Assembly (NCBI GenBank): GCA_964016885.1
Contig: OZ024743.1
Coordinates: 184,946,001-185,010,000, forward strand
DNA length: 64,000 nt
Source: Eledone cirrhosa
Taxonomy: Eukaryota
Direction: 5' to 3'
How positions within the stretch are numbered: position 1 is the first letter of the stretch; each line of letters opens with the position of its first letter. A program made the translations under genes and the position numbers. This document shows, in pieces, positions 1-14,209 of the stretch. The notes under the pieces are model-generated. The model worked only from the letters and a program-made list of their open reading frames with translations, did not search any database and was not told the origin of the DNA.

Positions 1-29
1 ACTACCCCCACCCCATCCACACCACCCCT

Positions 30-323
30 TTCAATGTAAAGTTATGTTGGTACCACAACATCCAGCCCGAAACAAATGAGGTCATGTAGGTGTCACAACA
101 AAAAAACACAGTCCACGCTGTAATGTGGCCGTGTAGGTAACACGGTAAAAACCTCCCAGTTCCACACTGTAAATGTGGTTGGTGTTAGAAAGGGCATCCA
201 GCCGTAGAAAACCCGCCAGACAGTCCTATGCGAACAAGACAACCACTCTTGCCTCAAATGGGAAAACTCCCGTCCAAACCCATGCAAGCGTGGAATGTGG
301 ACGTTAAACGATGATGATGATGA
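30..323 (+). mobile_element. RTE-family LINE 3' UTR fragment with (GAT)n tail
   Basis: Matches the reverse complement of the 3' UTR of the RTE copy at 17731-19424 (cacactgtaaatgtggttggtgttag...gggcatccagc) and ends acgttaaacgatgatgatgatga. Confidence 0.75.
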
Positions 324-779
324 CAACTTGTATATACAAGTTTCTAATTTATATATAATTAGTCTTTATTCTAAATTTATTTATTTTATATTTTGTTTAC
401 TGATTTATTTATTTACCTATTTATTTTTGTACATGCCAGGGATCAATGAATGGTCAAAGATTCAATGAAGAGGTCAATGGTTTAAAATTTTTGGTGATCT
501 CTGGGCTAATAGACAGATAAAGATAGATTTGTAATTTTTCAATACATGCCTTTGGTAAAGAATATGATTCAGAACTCTAACGTCATGCTGCACTACAGAA
601 GACCTGCCTTCCAATATGCATAAAACGAAATGAAACAAACACTAGTCTGCACCAATGTTGTCTTTACCCCTCTCCATTCACTCTCCCCAATATTAATACC
701 CTAGTCTCACCAGCTAACTATTCCATGCACCTCGTCGATGTTGAACTTGCTTATTCCTCCCCCCTCCTTAAACCCCCAA

Positions 780-1492
780 CATGTAAGGTGGTTGTGCTAG
801 TGAAATGACAAAAAAGCACCCAGTCCATCCTGTGAAGGGGTTATTTCAGTGCCACGATAAAAAGCACACTGTCCATACTATAACATGGTTGGCATTAAGA
901 ATGGCATCCAGCTGTAGAAACCAAGCTAAAATAGAGATCAGTATAAACAAGATGTGGTCTCTGAACCTGACTTGTCTCAATGTGACAACTATTCTAACCC
1001 ATGAAAAGGTCAAAAGATAGGCATTAAATGATGATGATGATAATTAAGATTTTTTTTATTAAATGACACACCCTACATTTTGATGTCACACATTCTATAC
1101 ATACACAGAATACTTTCTTTAAAATTATATTTTACTACTTTAGGGCATTCTCTATTAAAATGAATTGTATGTATAGATGTGTGTGCATGAACGATGAAGC
1201 CTGGATGAGCTGAGAAAAACACTGGGCATAAGAGGAACCAGATATAGTATAGAGGAAAGAAGGTTGCACCGATATGGACATGTAATGAGTATAGATGATG
1301 ATCATTGGGTGAAGATATGCCAGAAGTTCTAAGTGGAAGGAAGCCATGGAAGAAAACCAAAAAAGATGTGGGCAAAAACTGGTGAAAACTGATATCAAGA
1401 AACTGAACCTCAAAGAAAGAAAAGTGGTTGCTATATTGAAGATGACTCATTTAATACATGAAAGCTTAGAAAAATGGACATAAAAATGATGA
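780..1492 (+). mobile_element. Two degraded RTE 3' fragments (3' UTR ~780-1041; ORF C-terminus plus tail ~1170-1492)
   Basis: ggttggcattaagaatggcatccagctgtagaaacc motif with a GAT tail; the second piece reads LGIRG..IEERRLHRYGHVM like the RTE C-terminus. Approximate ends. Confidence 0.6.
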
Positions 1493-1552
1493 CATATTTA
1501 TCAGGTACATGCAATAAGTAAATACTCAGGGTTAGCAGTAAACATTAATTAA

Positions 1553-1745
1553 AGGGTGGTGGATTGGCAGTATCGGTAGAGCGTCGGACGCCATGCTTTG
1601 CAGCAAAGAGTTACGGCCCTTTATGGTCTGAGTTCAAATCCCACCGAGGTTAACTTTGCCTTTCATCCTTACGGGGTCGATAAAATAAAGTACCAGTAAT
1701 ACACTGGGATAATTGCTGGCCTTGTGCCAAAAGTAGAAACAATTA
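1553..1745 (+). mobile_element. tRNA-derived SINE, family A
   Basis: A-box-like tggcagtatcggtagagc, B-box-like gagttcaaatccc, core gcctttcatccttacggggtcgataaaataaagtaccag; near-identical copies at 3238, 29178, 37416 and 38112-38772. Confidence 0.85.
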
Positions 1746-2769
1746 ATTAAACTGTCAACAAAAGGACTATGTCAACACTGAGACAATATGTAAAAATCTT
1801 TTGACAACAAGATGTATTTACTTAGAATATATCATAATCATCATTTTTTTTATAGCCACTTGCTTACTAAATACACAGAGTAGTGTCTCAATATGTAACC
1901 TAGTGAGTTGAAAAACTTTAATTGGGGTCATCTCTGTAATTAGTAGACAAAAGTTTCTTCTAGGGGTGTTAAATATCTAGAAACAACAAGCAAGGTACCT
2001 TCAGTAATATCATCCAATAAAATATTTGGGAAAAATAAAGAGATTGCTGATAAAAGTGTATCTTGTCCTTAAAGCTAACTAGAAAAAGCAAATCAAGCAT
2101 GTTTCATACCTCTATTTCTATACATACCCATCAATTCTCCATTTTGCCAACTGAGCTGAATATGCTTCACTAAAAAGATCTAAGATAAAAACATGTCTAT
2201 TACTTTCAGAATGTTGGCTTATAGACAAGGTCCACTCTGACTGCATCGTCTAAATTCGTTTCATAGAACTGAAACCAGCTCAAACTATAAGAGTTCTCTC
2301 CCTTACTTCTGATATGAACACACCTATGGGAAATTTTGTCTTCAAATAGTGAGGATAGTCTCGTTTGATCGAAGATTTTTTTTCCACTCACCATATTTAA
2401 ACTGTGAGACTATCTGTATGTTTATAGGTATAATTATCATCGTTTAACATCCCTTGTCCTCGCTAGCAAGGATATTGGTCAATCTTAATCCTTTATTTGC
2501 TTGGGCTTTGTTTCTATCTCTTCTTTCCAGTTGCACCACATTGGTTTGTAGCAAATTTTATATATTTGTAAATAGCCGAAAAACCAATTCATCCTGCGTT
2601 GTTAGCATCTGTTATTGTCCTATGTGCACCAGAGCTAGTGATATCGACCTTAAAGCACCAAAACCATAAGGAACTCCAGTGGTCGATGAGAAGGGCCTGT
2701 AGTGTTTCATCCATTTTTACATTGTCTTTGCCCACCCTTTTTTATTCATTTTGTATGATCTTAGACATT

Positions 2770-2812
<43 letters not shown>

Positions 2813-2832
2813 CAATATATGTAAAGTATATA

Positions 2833-3162
2833 CAGTTGTCCCACGGTATTCGTGGGGGTTACAATCCTAGAGCACTCACGAAGCGTGAAAAACTACGAAT
2901 ATTGGACATGGCCATAAAAATGTCTATAAACGTCAAAACATTACGTAAAAAGATAGGCCGGCAAATACGGTATATTGTTATTAATAATTTAGAATTAAAA
3001 AATATATAATGCTTAAAAAAAAAAGCCATTAAAAAATCGCGGAAGATATTTACGATTCCGCGAATATGCGGTGGTTTCCACGAACAATTATTAGTCAGGT
3101 GTCTCAGGAAAATTTCGCGAATAACCGGAACTGCGAATGCTGGGGGGGGGGGGGGTATACTG
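2833..3162. mobile_element. Tc1/pogo-type MITE
   Basis: TA|CAGT...ACTG|TA termini with imperfect TIRs (cagttgtcccacggtattcg / cgaatgctggg...tatactg) and repeated internal cgcgaata-like motifs. Confidence 0.65.
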
Positions 3163-3237
3163 TATATATATATATATATATAGCCATATATCATTAGAGA
3201 AACGCAGCATTTTGTACATATATATAGAGAAAGCATA

Positions 3238-3428
3238 TAATTGTTTCTATTTTAGGCACAAGGCCAGCAATTACTCAGTACATTACTGGTACTTTATTTT
3301 ATCGACCCCGTAATGATGAAAGGCAAAGTTAACCTCGGCGGGATTTGAACTCAGATCATAAAGGGACGTAACTATGCTTCAAAACATGGTGTCCGACTCT
3401 CTACCGATACTGCCAATCCACCGACCCT
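3238..3428 (-). mobile_element. tRNA-derived SINE, family A
   Basis: Reverse complement of 1553-1745 over essentially its full length. Confidence 0.85.
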
Positions 3429-3443
3429 TTTAGAAAACAGTAC

Positions 3444-3726
3444 ATACTTTAAAATGGAAAAGTTATATTCCTTACGGCTGCTAATTCATAGTTTCTAGAA
3501 CGTCATTGAACTTTTTTACTGATAAATACATGTATCATACATATTATAGATGTTATGATACTTTAAATTAGTGATTTCCTCTGACAATTAGTCCCATGTC
3601 TTCCGGAGCAATACCAAAGTCAATAGTTGGTAATCGATGATCGATTGCTTAGATCAATTTTCAATCTGATTCTAGGGACTATGAAACGGCGGCCGTAAGG
3701 AATATAACTTTTCCACCTTAAAGTAT
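3444..3726. mobile_element. MITE with ~55-bp terminal inverted repeats, superfamily unassigned
   Basis: atactttaaaatggaaaagttatattccttacggctgc...tctaga pairs with tctag...gcggccgtaaggaatataacttttccaccttaaagtat. Confidence 0.8.
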
Positions 3727-5734
3727 ATACTATTTCCTAAATGTTATATGCTTTTTATATGCATGTACAAAATACTATGTTTCTCTAATGATATATGGCT
3801 ATATACATATATTTTTAATTTTTAATTATATATATAAAAGAGAGAGAATAGATGATAAATTGTGAGCAAACAAGTGATTCAAATAAAGGATAAGATTGAT
3901 CAATGCAGAAGTAAGCCAAATGTCTCAGAGAAAAATAGATAAAACTAGGTAAGTTTATTTTTTATTTATTTATTCATATTCTCTTTAAGTGGTCATTACC
4001 CTGGGCCAAGGAAACGGTTTCCATTGATGAATTGTTAATACTATCTGCAGGTTGGAACTCCTGGCATTAGTGTCACCATTTTTCAGGTAGACAGGTGGGA
4101 TTTGAACTCAGAATGTACAGAGCTGGAATAAATACAATAAAGCATTACATCTGCCAATCCACCATTCTTGGTTTGATTGTTTATTTACCCTGACAGGATG
4201 AAAGGAAGTTGATTTAGGCAGGATTTGAACTCAGAACACAGAGAACTGGAACAAATACCAAAATATATGTGTTAGACCTCCATCAGCTATGACAATGCAT
4301 ATTCCAGTTGTCTGAACAACAGGACAGTCTGTTTGTGAAATTAATGTGCCAGTGACTGAGCATTCCACAGACACATGTACTCTTAATGCTGTCATTACCC
4401 TATTTCTAATGAAATAGGCTGCCTTTGTATTCCAATTAATTTTGAAAATAACTAAAAATTTGGAGGAATTTAATGAAATAACTAAGTTTTTCATTAGTAA
4501 GCTGATATTTATCATATTACTGAACAAAAATTTCTAAAATATAATTATGATATAAGGATAAACATTTTAATATGAGCAACTTTGTATCATAACTCCAGGG
4601 TGGTTTCAGGCAGTTTGATATCAAAAAGGTTAATGTAATTCTCAGGGAGATTCAGCATGGCACAGGTTGTGACAAGGCTGGTCCGATAAATTATGTGTAC
4701 AACTTATTTTTTTGCAGTTGAATGGAGTGGACCAACATTAAATATAGTGTTTTGCTCAAGGACTCAATGCACCACCCAGTCCAGGAATTGAATTCAGGAC
4801 TTTATGATCATAAGCTGAATAGTCTAACCACTTAACAACCGATTTGAAGCCAAAATGTATGTGGATTACAGTTAAGAGTAGAAATAGATCAAAAGAGAAC
4901 AATGTTGATTGCAGAGCAGAACAATTAAACACATAACTGTAGAGAAAAATCAACAAATATGATATCACATTAAACAACTACATACACTTAATTCCTAATT
5001 AAAGCTTAAAGCTAAGTTTAAAACAGATGTCAGACAGGAGGTAGTTTCTAATATGATTTTGCTGTTTATACTGCTTAGTAAGGAGCCATTGTTTAATTTG
5101 TGTTTTATTTGACTTTTAAGTCTGGTACTTATTTTATTGATCATTTTTTGTTGAACCACTAAACAAAGACAGACATACATACATGACAGGCTTCCTCACA
5201 CTTTCCATTTACCAAACTTCCTTCACAAGGTATTGGTCAACCTGAGGTAATAGTAGGAGAAACTTAACTAATGTGCCACACAGTAAGACTGAACTCGAAA
5301 CCAGGCAGGTGTAAAAATAAAACTCCTTAATCACACAGCCATGTTTAAGTTAGAAATTTATTTAAACATTAGATACATATTAGACCACCTGTGACCCGTT
5401 GGGTCACATTCACTTAAAATTATTTCTTTTAAATCATGTTCATTTAAAAATAATTTTGACAGGTCTCTCTTCCATTTTCCCTCTCTCTCAATCTACTCTC
5501 TCGCAACCACTATCTCTTTCTCTCTATTTATGGAGGTACCCGGAAAACCCCTGTATCTTGGGAACCTGTGCTCCAATTTACACAAAACTTGTTTTATTCC
5601 ATTTGTATTCCCATTTCAGGGTCAACTTCTTTTCAAAGTATTTTTCCATTATGTGCTGTTTTGGCTGTATTACATTACAGACAAGACACAATCACAGTTT
5701 TTGTAATATATAGATAGATAACTATTGTCTTTAC

Positions 5735-5868
5735 CAATCATAGGCAAACTGTGGCTTGTTTGGCTTTATGAATGGCATGCCTAATTTCAAAATTGCCTTG
5801 AATTTTTTAGTAGTATGACGAGCCACATCCTATGCAGCCCACTGCTTGAAAAAGGTTGCCCGTGACTG
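5735..5868. mobile_element. hAT (Charlie-like) MITE
   Basis: TIRs caatcataggcaaac / gttgcccgtgactg; 8-bp TSD gtctttac (5727-5734) and gtctatac (5869-5876). Confidence 0.7.
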
Positions 5869-7284
5869 GTCTATACATTGAATCAATTGTATTTCACAAA
5901 GCATTGAGTAAATTTTGCATGTATGTTAGCTTAAAATAAGCTGCTTCAACACAGGTTTATAGATTATGAAAAACAGCTAAACAAGTGGTCCGCTTTTTCC
6001 ATCTCTAGAGGTTTATTTGCCCAACTTGTTCAACTATTTTTTTGTAAACTATTGTCTATGTTTGTAACTGCCATAAGCAAGCCATAGGTTTAATTTGTGG
6101 TAATAAAGTGAAATGATAAATAAACTAATAAACAGACTTTGATATGAAACAACCTAAAGAAGAAAAGTGAAACCAATACAGTGGCTGTCTGGAAATTTCA
6201 TCAGAAAAACTATTGTAGACACTGACAACAATAAAAAAATAAATCAGCTATGATTAAAACAATTTAAATTGTATCTAAAAAGAACACTTGTGTGAACTTT
6301 GGCATTAGGATTTGATGATGTCAATCTATACACTCCATCTCTCTCTCTTTCTGACAAACAATTTCCAATATTGGCTTAAGCATTTATAAAGTCTTAACAT
6401 TCTGTAATGATTTAGCAGAGAATATCTACAAATGGATCTGTTACTTCAAATGTTTATGGCTTCTTTACTATTTGACAGTTCAATTGTAAAAATTTGCAGT
6501 ATTAGAGTAAAGATGCAAACATAGTGCTGTTTGTACTTTTCAAAAATATCTTGCTAATGTGGTTTCATAAGAAAAGCAGAACAAAATTGATAATAATTTT
6601 CATTCATCATCATCATCGTTTTACATTCATTTTCTATGCTGATATGGGTTGGATGGGTCTTTACAGTTCAAGATTATATAAGTAGAGAACCACATCTTGC
6701 TCATACATTCCATCTTCGACTTGGTATCTACAACAGGATGCTCTTCTTAATGCCAGCCACTTTACAGAGTGTACTTTGAATGGAACATACTCAGTTGAAG
6801 ATAAAAAAGCTTTTTACATATTTTCCATACATATATGATAGAATCTCTCATCATATATTAACGTATGATGGATATATATATAAATCACATTTCTCTGACC
6901 AAAAGTTAAAAGATTAACAGCTAAGTAAAGTTAAACCAAGTAAAGTATTCTATTATGTTTTTTAAGTTACTTTCAAAGTACACAATTCCTGAATTATTCA
7001 ACTAACTGGCACATATAAAAATAAATCCTTACTCCTCCACAAATTATAGGAAAAGAAATCATAACCACATGCTAATATGTCCTACATTACATTAATGAGT
7101 TATCTGTAATTGTTAATTTATAGCTCAATTATAGCCTAACTACTGATATTAACATTCAATAATAGTCGTGTGTATAGTTGAAAAAAATTGTATATACACC
7201 CAGAAATTCCTTTTGTGACATCAACACTACCACAGAGTGGGCTGGATGCATTTTATGTTTGCAAAACATTAGATAGATGTTGCT

Positions 7285-7460
7285 TCATGGCCCCAGTAGA
7301 TAGAATGGCAAATTGAAGCCTTGAAGGATAGAGAGAGAGATGTACTGAAAGAGCCAGCCCAACTTGTGGGGCTCCTTCTTGCAGATGACCATCTCCATCC
7401 TGATCACAGTAAATAGATCTGGAGACCAAAGATGCCAAATGTTTTCCACTGTTATGGGTC
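7285..7460 (-). mobile_element. Degraded 3' fragment of the CRE-like retrotransposon
   Basis: Colinear nucleotide similarity to 57450-57630 by eye. Confidence 0.5.
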
Positions 7461-7766
7461 TGATGAGAAACCAATGAGAGAGTGACTAGTACTTAGTAAA
7501 CTAGGCAAAGATTAAGTCTACCACCCAAGTAGGATACACGATTTGAACTCAGAACACAAAAAGTCAGAACATATACTGACACTAACAATTCCACTAACTC
7601 AACCTGAACTGGTACTTTAGTTATCAATTCTGGAAAAATAGATGGCAAAGTTGACCTTAGCTAGATTTCAACTCAGAGAACTGGAACAAATATCATAAAT
7701 CATATGGTCCTTCACTCTGATAATCTTGCCAATTTGCTACCTTTGCTATAACTGAGAATTCAAACC

Positions 7767-8091
7767 AGGTTGGGAACCTGCAGTTTCAGAACACCATGTA
7801 GCTCTTTAGCCTATCTCGAGTTGCTCTTAGGTGCTCTGACATTTGTATTTTATTTTATTTAATCTGCAATTTTGTATTCAAATAAAAGCCACAAGTTAAA
7901 ATCAAGACACTGAAGCAATTTCAGATAAAATTCAAAACCAAAATCACGTTGACGAAGAAAACCGTTAATTCAATTTGTATTTTCTTCTATGTATTTTTGT
8001 TTAAATAAATTATGTGGCTCTTATAGACTCAATCATGTTTTTTTTTTTCAGCTAAAAATAGCTCTTCAGATTGATAAGGTTCACCCACTCT
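7767..8091. mobile_element. Degraded hAT-type MITE
   Basis: caggttgggaacct at the left end and aggttcacccactctg at the right, with repeated subterminal gctctt motifs; TSD not clear. Confidence 0.45.
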
Positions 8092-10077
8092 GTTATAAAC
8101 TCAACTCTCATCCTTTCAGCATTCTATTCAAGCATTTTTTAAAGACATTATAGCAACAGATTTTGCCATAAAAAAACAGCCAATATATTCCTGTGTATCC
8201 AGTTTAGAATAGATACACTGCATCCCTGTACATTGTAAAAGACAACTAAAAGGGTTGGTGTCAGGAATGGTATCTGGCTATAAAACATTGCCACAAAAAA
8301 GAGGCTATAACGAGCATGAAAAAGTTATGGTGTTTGCATGACTAAACCTTAGTTAGTATCTACTACGTACATTGCCTATCCCCAGCAGAATAAAATATTT
8401 AGATTACAAAGCAAAGCTCCATTATTTCATGACAGAAAAAAAAACAAAAACATTTTTTTCTTTTTTTTACCTGTATCAAATGCTTACTGCCATTATTAAT
8501 ATGTAATTTATATATTATAATTAAACTTCTTGAACTTTCAATGTATTATAATGGATATATTGGGTTTTTTTTCTTTTACTGCTTTCAGTCATTAAACTGC
8601 AGCCATATTGGGGTACTGCTTTAAGGAGAATTTAGTACCCCAGTACATATTTTTTCAAGTCTAATACTTATATTTTGATCTCTTTTTGTTGGACTACTAA
8701 GTTACAGGATATAAACAAACAGTACATGTAAACACAGACACACACAAAACAAGCTTCTTCACAGTTTCTGTCTGTGAAATTTCCTTCATAAGGCATTGAT
8801 TAACCCAAGGCTTTAGAAGACATTTGCACAAGGGGCCATGTAGAAGTCTGAACATGAAACCACATGGTTGCGAAGCAAACTCCCTAACCATAGCCATGCC
8901 TGCGTTTACAATTTTCAAATACAAAGATTTGTATAGAAGACATCAATCAAGTTGCATAGTTGCATGATTTTTTTTTTTTTTTTTATGCACATGTATACAG
9001 GATTCTGAATAAAAGCTACTTAAGGAAATTGAAGGATAGCATGAGAAAATTAATTCTAGGCACAGGCAACAAGTAGTGAGAATTAATGCTCTTTGCCTAT
9101 CTATGAAAGAAAGAGAAAAGGTGATGCATTGGTTAAACTATGTATACTGATTATTGATTCAAACTGCTGGTATATTTCTCAACACAGGTAGCTAAAAAGA
9201 AAAAAAGATCAATTCATATGTCCATAGTAACTGTAACCTCTTTGCACATTTTTTCTTTCAATAAGGTTTTCTCACTATCAGTCGTTTTAACTCTTGGGTT
9301 ACCATATTTCTAATGAAAGACACTGCCTATGATTTTCAAAAAATTATAACCTAGAAGTTGAAGGGATTTAGTAAAAAAAACTCACTCTCGTTAAGCTGTT
9401 TGGAATATAACCCTCTAGTTACCATATTTCTAATTAAAGACAAACCTATGAATTATTTATTAATTCCGTCATCATTTTATGTAAGGACTTCTGTTAAATA
9501 GTGCTCTAAATACCAGCTTAATAAAAAAAGTCAGTTACATTAATAAATTCGATCAAATTCTTGATTATTTGAAAATTATAGGTAATATTTTTTTAATAAA
9601 AATAGGGTAGCAAAAGGGTTAAATATCAGTGAAACAATAGAAAAAGTCAACACTTGCATAACATTCTTGTTTTATCTTTTTTTTTGGGGGGGGGGGGGGG
9701 GGGGGGGGGGGGGCTCTCAACATATACAAATTTTCTCAAACTTTATCAAGCACCTTTTCTTTATTTTTACTCTCAGTTCTGCTAATAGCATTTGGAACTG
9801 TAATAACTAAAAATCAAGGTACATTGATACACAGATTTTGATGATAAATATTGTTAATTAATGAAGAATTTGGATAGATTTATTAAAATAATTAATTCTT
9901 TCATTATTAAGATAGTATTTGAAATAATTTACCAAAACATTCTTATATCAAGTTATGTTCAAAGATTTTAATTTAAGCAATAATCCTTTAAAATGAGTGG
10001 TTCTGTTTCATAGAACCAGGGGTTGTTTTGGGTAGGTTGGTAACTCACTTTCAATTAACAGTGAAATTATAAGAATA

Positions 10078-10397
10078 GCACCTTCCCCGCCCACACTGTA
10101 AAATGGTGTCACAACAAAAAGTGCCTAGCTCACACTGCAAAGTGGTCGTGTAGGTGACAACAAAAAGTCTCCAGCCCACACTGTAAAGTGGTCGTAAGGT
10201 AACAACACAAAAATCACCCAGCCACACTGTAAATGTGGTTGGCATTAGGAAGGGCATACAGCCATAGAAACCAAGCCAAAATTAGTTCTGTATGAGCAAA
10301 ACATGGTCATCTGACCTGGCTTGTCTCACAACGGGACAATTCATCTAAACCATGCTAGCATGGAAATATGGATGTTATAACGGTGATAATGATGATA
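10078..10397 (+). mobile_element. RTE-family LINE 3' UTR fragment
   Basis: Repeated cacactgtaaagtgg units, ggttggcattaggaagggcat, and a GAT-rich tail. Confidence 0.75.
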
Positions 10398-13300
10398 CAA
10401 CTATGTATAACAGCATTTATCTTACTGACATCAGGGAGGAGGGTAATGTGATATTTATTCCAATCTCTAACTACAAATAAGAACTGCAATGAAGTTGACT
10501 CAATATTGTATATATACTACTAGTGTAGTGTAGTTTATATATATAAGCATAGTATATACTCATAAGTGCTGATAGTACTTGAAATTAATACGATTCCTAC
10601 TAACTTTCAATTCTTTGAACACTAGTTTATATTTGATATGTACGAAATATATTTTGGTGATCACATGTCCGAAGAATATTTTACATTCAATTTAAAAAAT
10701 TAAAGTGCTACATCTGCAGACATTTGAATATAAAGACAGTGATACACATAGAATTTGATTCCATTTTTTTTTTGGAAAACTCTTAGCAATTTTCTTCTAG
10801 TGTGCCTCTGTGTGCGTGTGCATACATACATTTATGACGATATATATATATAAACACACACATATGTGGGTGGGTGTCGTTAAAGCTCACATATGCATAG
10901 GTTTTGGTAACCTCTTATGAAGTTGCATCTCATAGGAGCTTTCTGGGGAATTTTAATAAAAATCCCAGTCTATCATGTATATGCGTGTACATATATATAA
11001 ATATAGACCAAGACAGTACGGAAGCAGGATGACTGACTTCCCAGACAGGCCCTTGGGGGAGGGGTGCATCTCATGTATGGCCGTATGTTCTATCAAGTGC
11101 ATGGGGGAAGTTGTCATGTTGACACAACTGAAAGGTCCCCTCAATCCTTTGTTTGGAAGGCTTTCAACGGCTGGATGCCCTTCCTACCACCAACCACTTT
11201 GCAGCGTGTACTGGGTCCGTTTATTGTGTAGATCAGCAACAATAAGGAGGCAGTCCTGTCCTTGACATGACTGAAGGGTCCTCCCAACCCCTTGTTTGGC
11301 AAGCTTTCTCCGACATGTAGGGGTTTTAAGGGGGAGTAGCGACATTCACATATATACATACACACACACACATCCAGCGTTTTAATTTTTTTCTCCTTGA
11401 TTTTTTTTTTTATAAATCATCTGTCATGATAAACAGGCAAAGTTGTGGTTAAATATATAGTTAGCAAAACATTTAAAAATCTACTCTCCTTTTTTGCTAA
11501 CCTCATTTCAATAGAAATAATCTAGCATAGTTTAGGTCTAATTTTGGAATTAGTTCAATATATATATACAATTGCTATATATCAGATATAATTGAATAAG
11601 GCCACGCCACCACCATTTCCCTGCCTCAAGAATTAATCACACAAATACACCCTAAATAGAAGACTGTGGGCGCTCACTCTCCATCTAAGACTTAAAAAAA
11701 AACCTGTTGATCTACTTTAAGGGAATGATGATAACTGGGTGTGGAAATATTGCGGTCTGTGACAGTCATATAAAGGTGTGTCTCATACAAGTACACAGTC
11801 AATATGTATGTGTGTAAACACAAAGAAAGTACTCTATATAAAATGTATTGGAAGCTGAAAAAAAATCACAAACTGTTCCTCTGGGTTTCACGATTCTGCG
11901 CGCGTGTGTATGTGTGTGTGTCCATACGACTAAAGTAACCAAAGTTATAAAGTAAAATGTAAGCAAAATAAATTAAGTTATATGAAATATTTACTCATTT
12001 AAAGAAACATTGTATCCAGGAAATACTAAACTCTATACAAATATAGAAACCAAAGAACCTGAAAAAAAAGAGAGCAACCATACACTGGACAGTACAAAAT
12101 GTGAAACAATCACTTAATTCTATAATTAATACATAAATCACGATATAACAATGAAACACACATACATTGTCTTTTCGTGGGTTTCACGGTTCGATACAAA
12201 TTTCCCCCGACCCTATCTTTTTTTATATGATAAAATTGTAAATACCTGTATAATAGACAATAAAGAAATATTTTAATCCGATATCTACCTAAACAGAGGT
12301 TGTTTGTTTAATCCCAAGTCAGCCCTGTTCGTGCAGAATTATTGACTGATCAGACATTCCAAACGTGTCCATCCCGTCTTTTTTATTTTTTATAAATATA
12401 TTTTTTCTTGACAAAATATATGTTGAACTATATTATTCAAATGTGTTCTTCATTTCTTAAGACGGTAGTGTGGGACTTCATTGCTACTTATTTCCTTTTT
12501 TAAATCTAGCTACGGTAAAGAAACTCCTCCGTTGACGTCTTGAACAGTCAGCCGGCTTATAATCGAATATTTACATTTATTGCAAAAGGCGTTCCAACTA
12601 CGACTATCACGTCTGTTTCTCTCAGATACAATAATTTTCTATATCTGCATTATCCAATGTGTCACTTCATTAAATAGTAGGGCGTGATTTGAAGGGAGAC
12701 TTAGCAGCTATTACCAGCATACCGAGCGACCACGTAGAATCTCCATTATTGGATTGATAAATGTAAAAAGGTAACGTAACCACCTAAGATATCTAATGAT
12801 TACAACCGGGTGTTAAATTTAAATTATAACATTCTGAAAACCAAATATATTATATGCATATATTTATTTAAACATTCAAAAACTTTAAACATCTAAAAAC
12901 AAAAGTTAAAATTATAATTAACATAACAGCTGCAATTGTTACCCTTCCCTAACTTTCTTAAACGCATGCAAAAACCGTGAAAACAATGAAATTATTTATT
13001 CACAGGTAAAAATAAAGTTAAATAAAAACAAAGTATACTGAGATTGCAAATTTTAAATCGGTATAGAGACCATTTCATAACTAGTTAGAGGAAGTGGTGA
13101 CACATGTTAAAAATTGGAGGGGGGGTTGTCATGTTTATATTCGGAAGTTTTCATTTTTAGCAATATGGTTAAGATTAAAAAAATAAATTATTTTAATTAC
13201 GTATAAGCTAAAAAGAAATATAAACAGTCAGTTGATTCAATTTCAATGTTAGTGATATTACTAGTACTTATTTTATCGATCTTGGAGCGATGAAAGAAAG

Positions 13301-13747
13301 CCGACCCCAAAACGGATTAAAACGCAGAAGTAAGTTAGTGGGCGAAATTAAATTATTTTCTGACGAAGTTCTCTATCCCAAACGATAAATTTCAACTTAT
13401 TTTGCGATAACACGAACTTATTCAGAGTTTTGCTAACTTTATTAAATAGATTTAGTCTGGGACAGTAACTAGGACCCTAGTCACCATCACACATGCCCTT
13501 AAAAGATAATAAAATAGACATTCATTTAAAAAAAAAGCCGAAAGACATTCTTTTTATTTCTTATATGTTTCTAATTTTTAAAATCGTGATCGATTAATGG
13601 GATCTGATAGCAACATAAACTTTGTTGACACACGACTAAAAAGTTTCTGATGAGTAACACGCCATTCTTCGAAAAGGTAAACACGCAACTTTTCAAGTAT
13701 TAGAAATGTGTATAAAAATATATAAAACAAAAATCATATCTACTCAC

Positions 13748-13799
13748 TATTCGTACTCTCCGGGCTAAATATTTCATCCTCTTTAGAAGATAACGACAT
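13748..13799 (-). CDS. Candidate first coding exon of an unidentified divergent gene (MSLSSKEDEIFSPESTN+1 nt)
   Basis: On the - strand: aacaATG, 17 open codons plus 1 nt, then a consensus donor GTGAGT (13747-13742); head-to-head with SF3B6. No in-frame downstream exon could be confirmed. Confidence 0.3.
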
Positions 13800-14209
13800 T
13801 GTTAAATTTTCAAAAGGAAAATATTGTTAGATATTTTTGAATGTATTTTTTGTCTTGTTTTTATGTTATTTACTTTGGTCCGGACACTATGAAAGTTTAT
13901 ACTACGTCTACGGTAATTTTCGTCTGCGATGGCTGCCAGGTGAAAGACACACAACACTCACACATATGCAGCATGGTCGGGGAGGGGGGAATTATTACGA
14001 GAGTTTGTTAAGATATATTAATTACTTTTAATCAGAACATATAACGACGTTTTAATTATTAAGATTAATAGTTCATAAATTAGACAAAAAACAAAAGCTT
14101 TTAGAATTACGTTTTTTTTCTTTTGTTTGTTGGTTCAGCGAACGAGAGTTGGAGTGCTCACGAGGTTTGATATTAGTTTAGTGAATGTCAACAACTCAAA
14201 ACAGGCAAC
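13800..14209. promoter_or_regulatory. Probable SF3B6 promoter/5' UTR, possibly bidirectional
   Basis: Repeat-free segment immediately upstream of the SF3B6 ATG with locally more CpG than the flanks. Positional inference; TSS unknown. Confidence 0.5.

Noticed and set aside
1553-1650. tRNA genes at SINE heads (also 25145, 26265, 38324, 46092)
   Set aside because: A/B boxes are present, but no cloverleaf is evident and each continues into a SINE body.
9685-9713. Long poly-G run (also 3142-3155) as a functional G-quadruplex
   Set aside because: It is absent from the duplicated copy near 19500; homopolymer expansion or base-calling error is more likely.
9140-12075. Minus-strand acceptors near 12060 and 9193 as coding exon 2 of the divergent gene
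   Set aside because: Both give an in-frame stop within 15 codons when joined in phase 1.
13640-13700. ctgatgag...cgaaa resembling a hammerhead ribozyme core
   Set aside because: Stem II cannot form beyond one pair, and I could not find consistent stems I and III.
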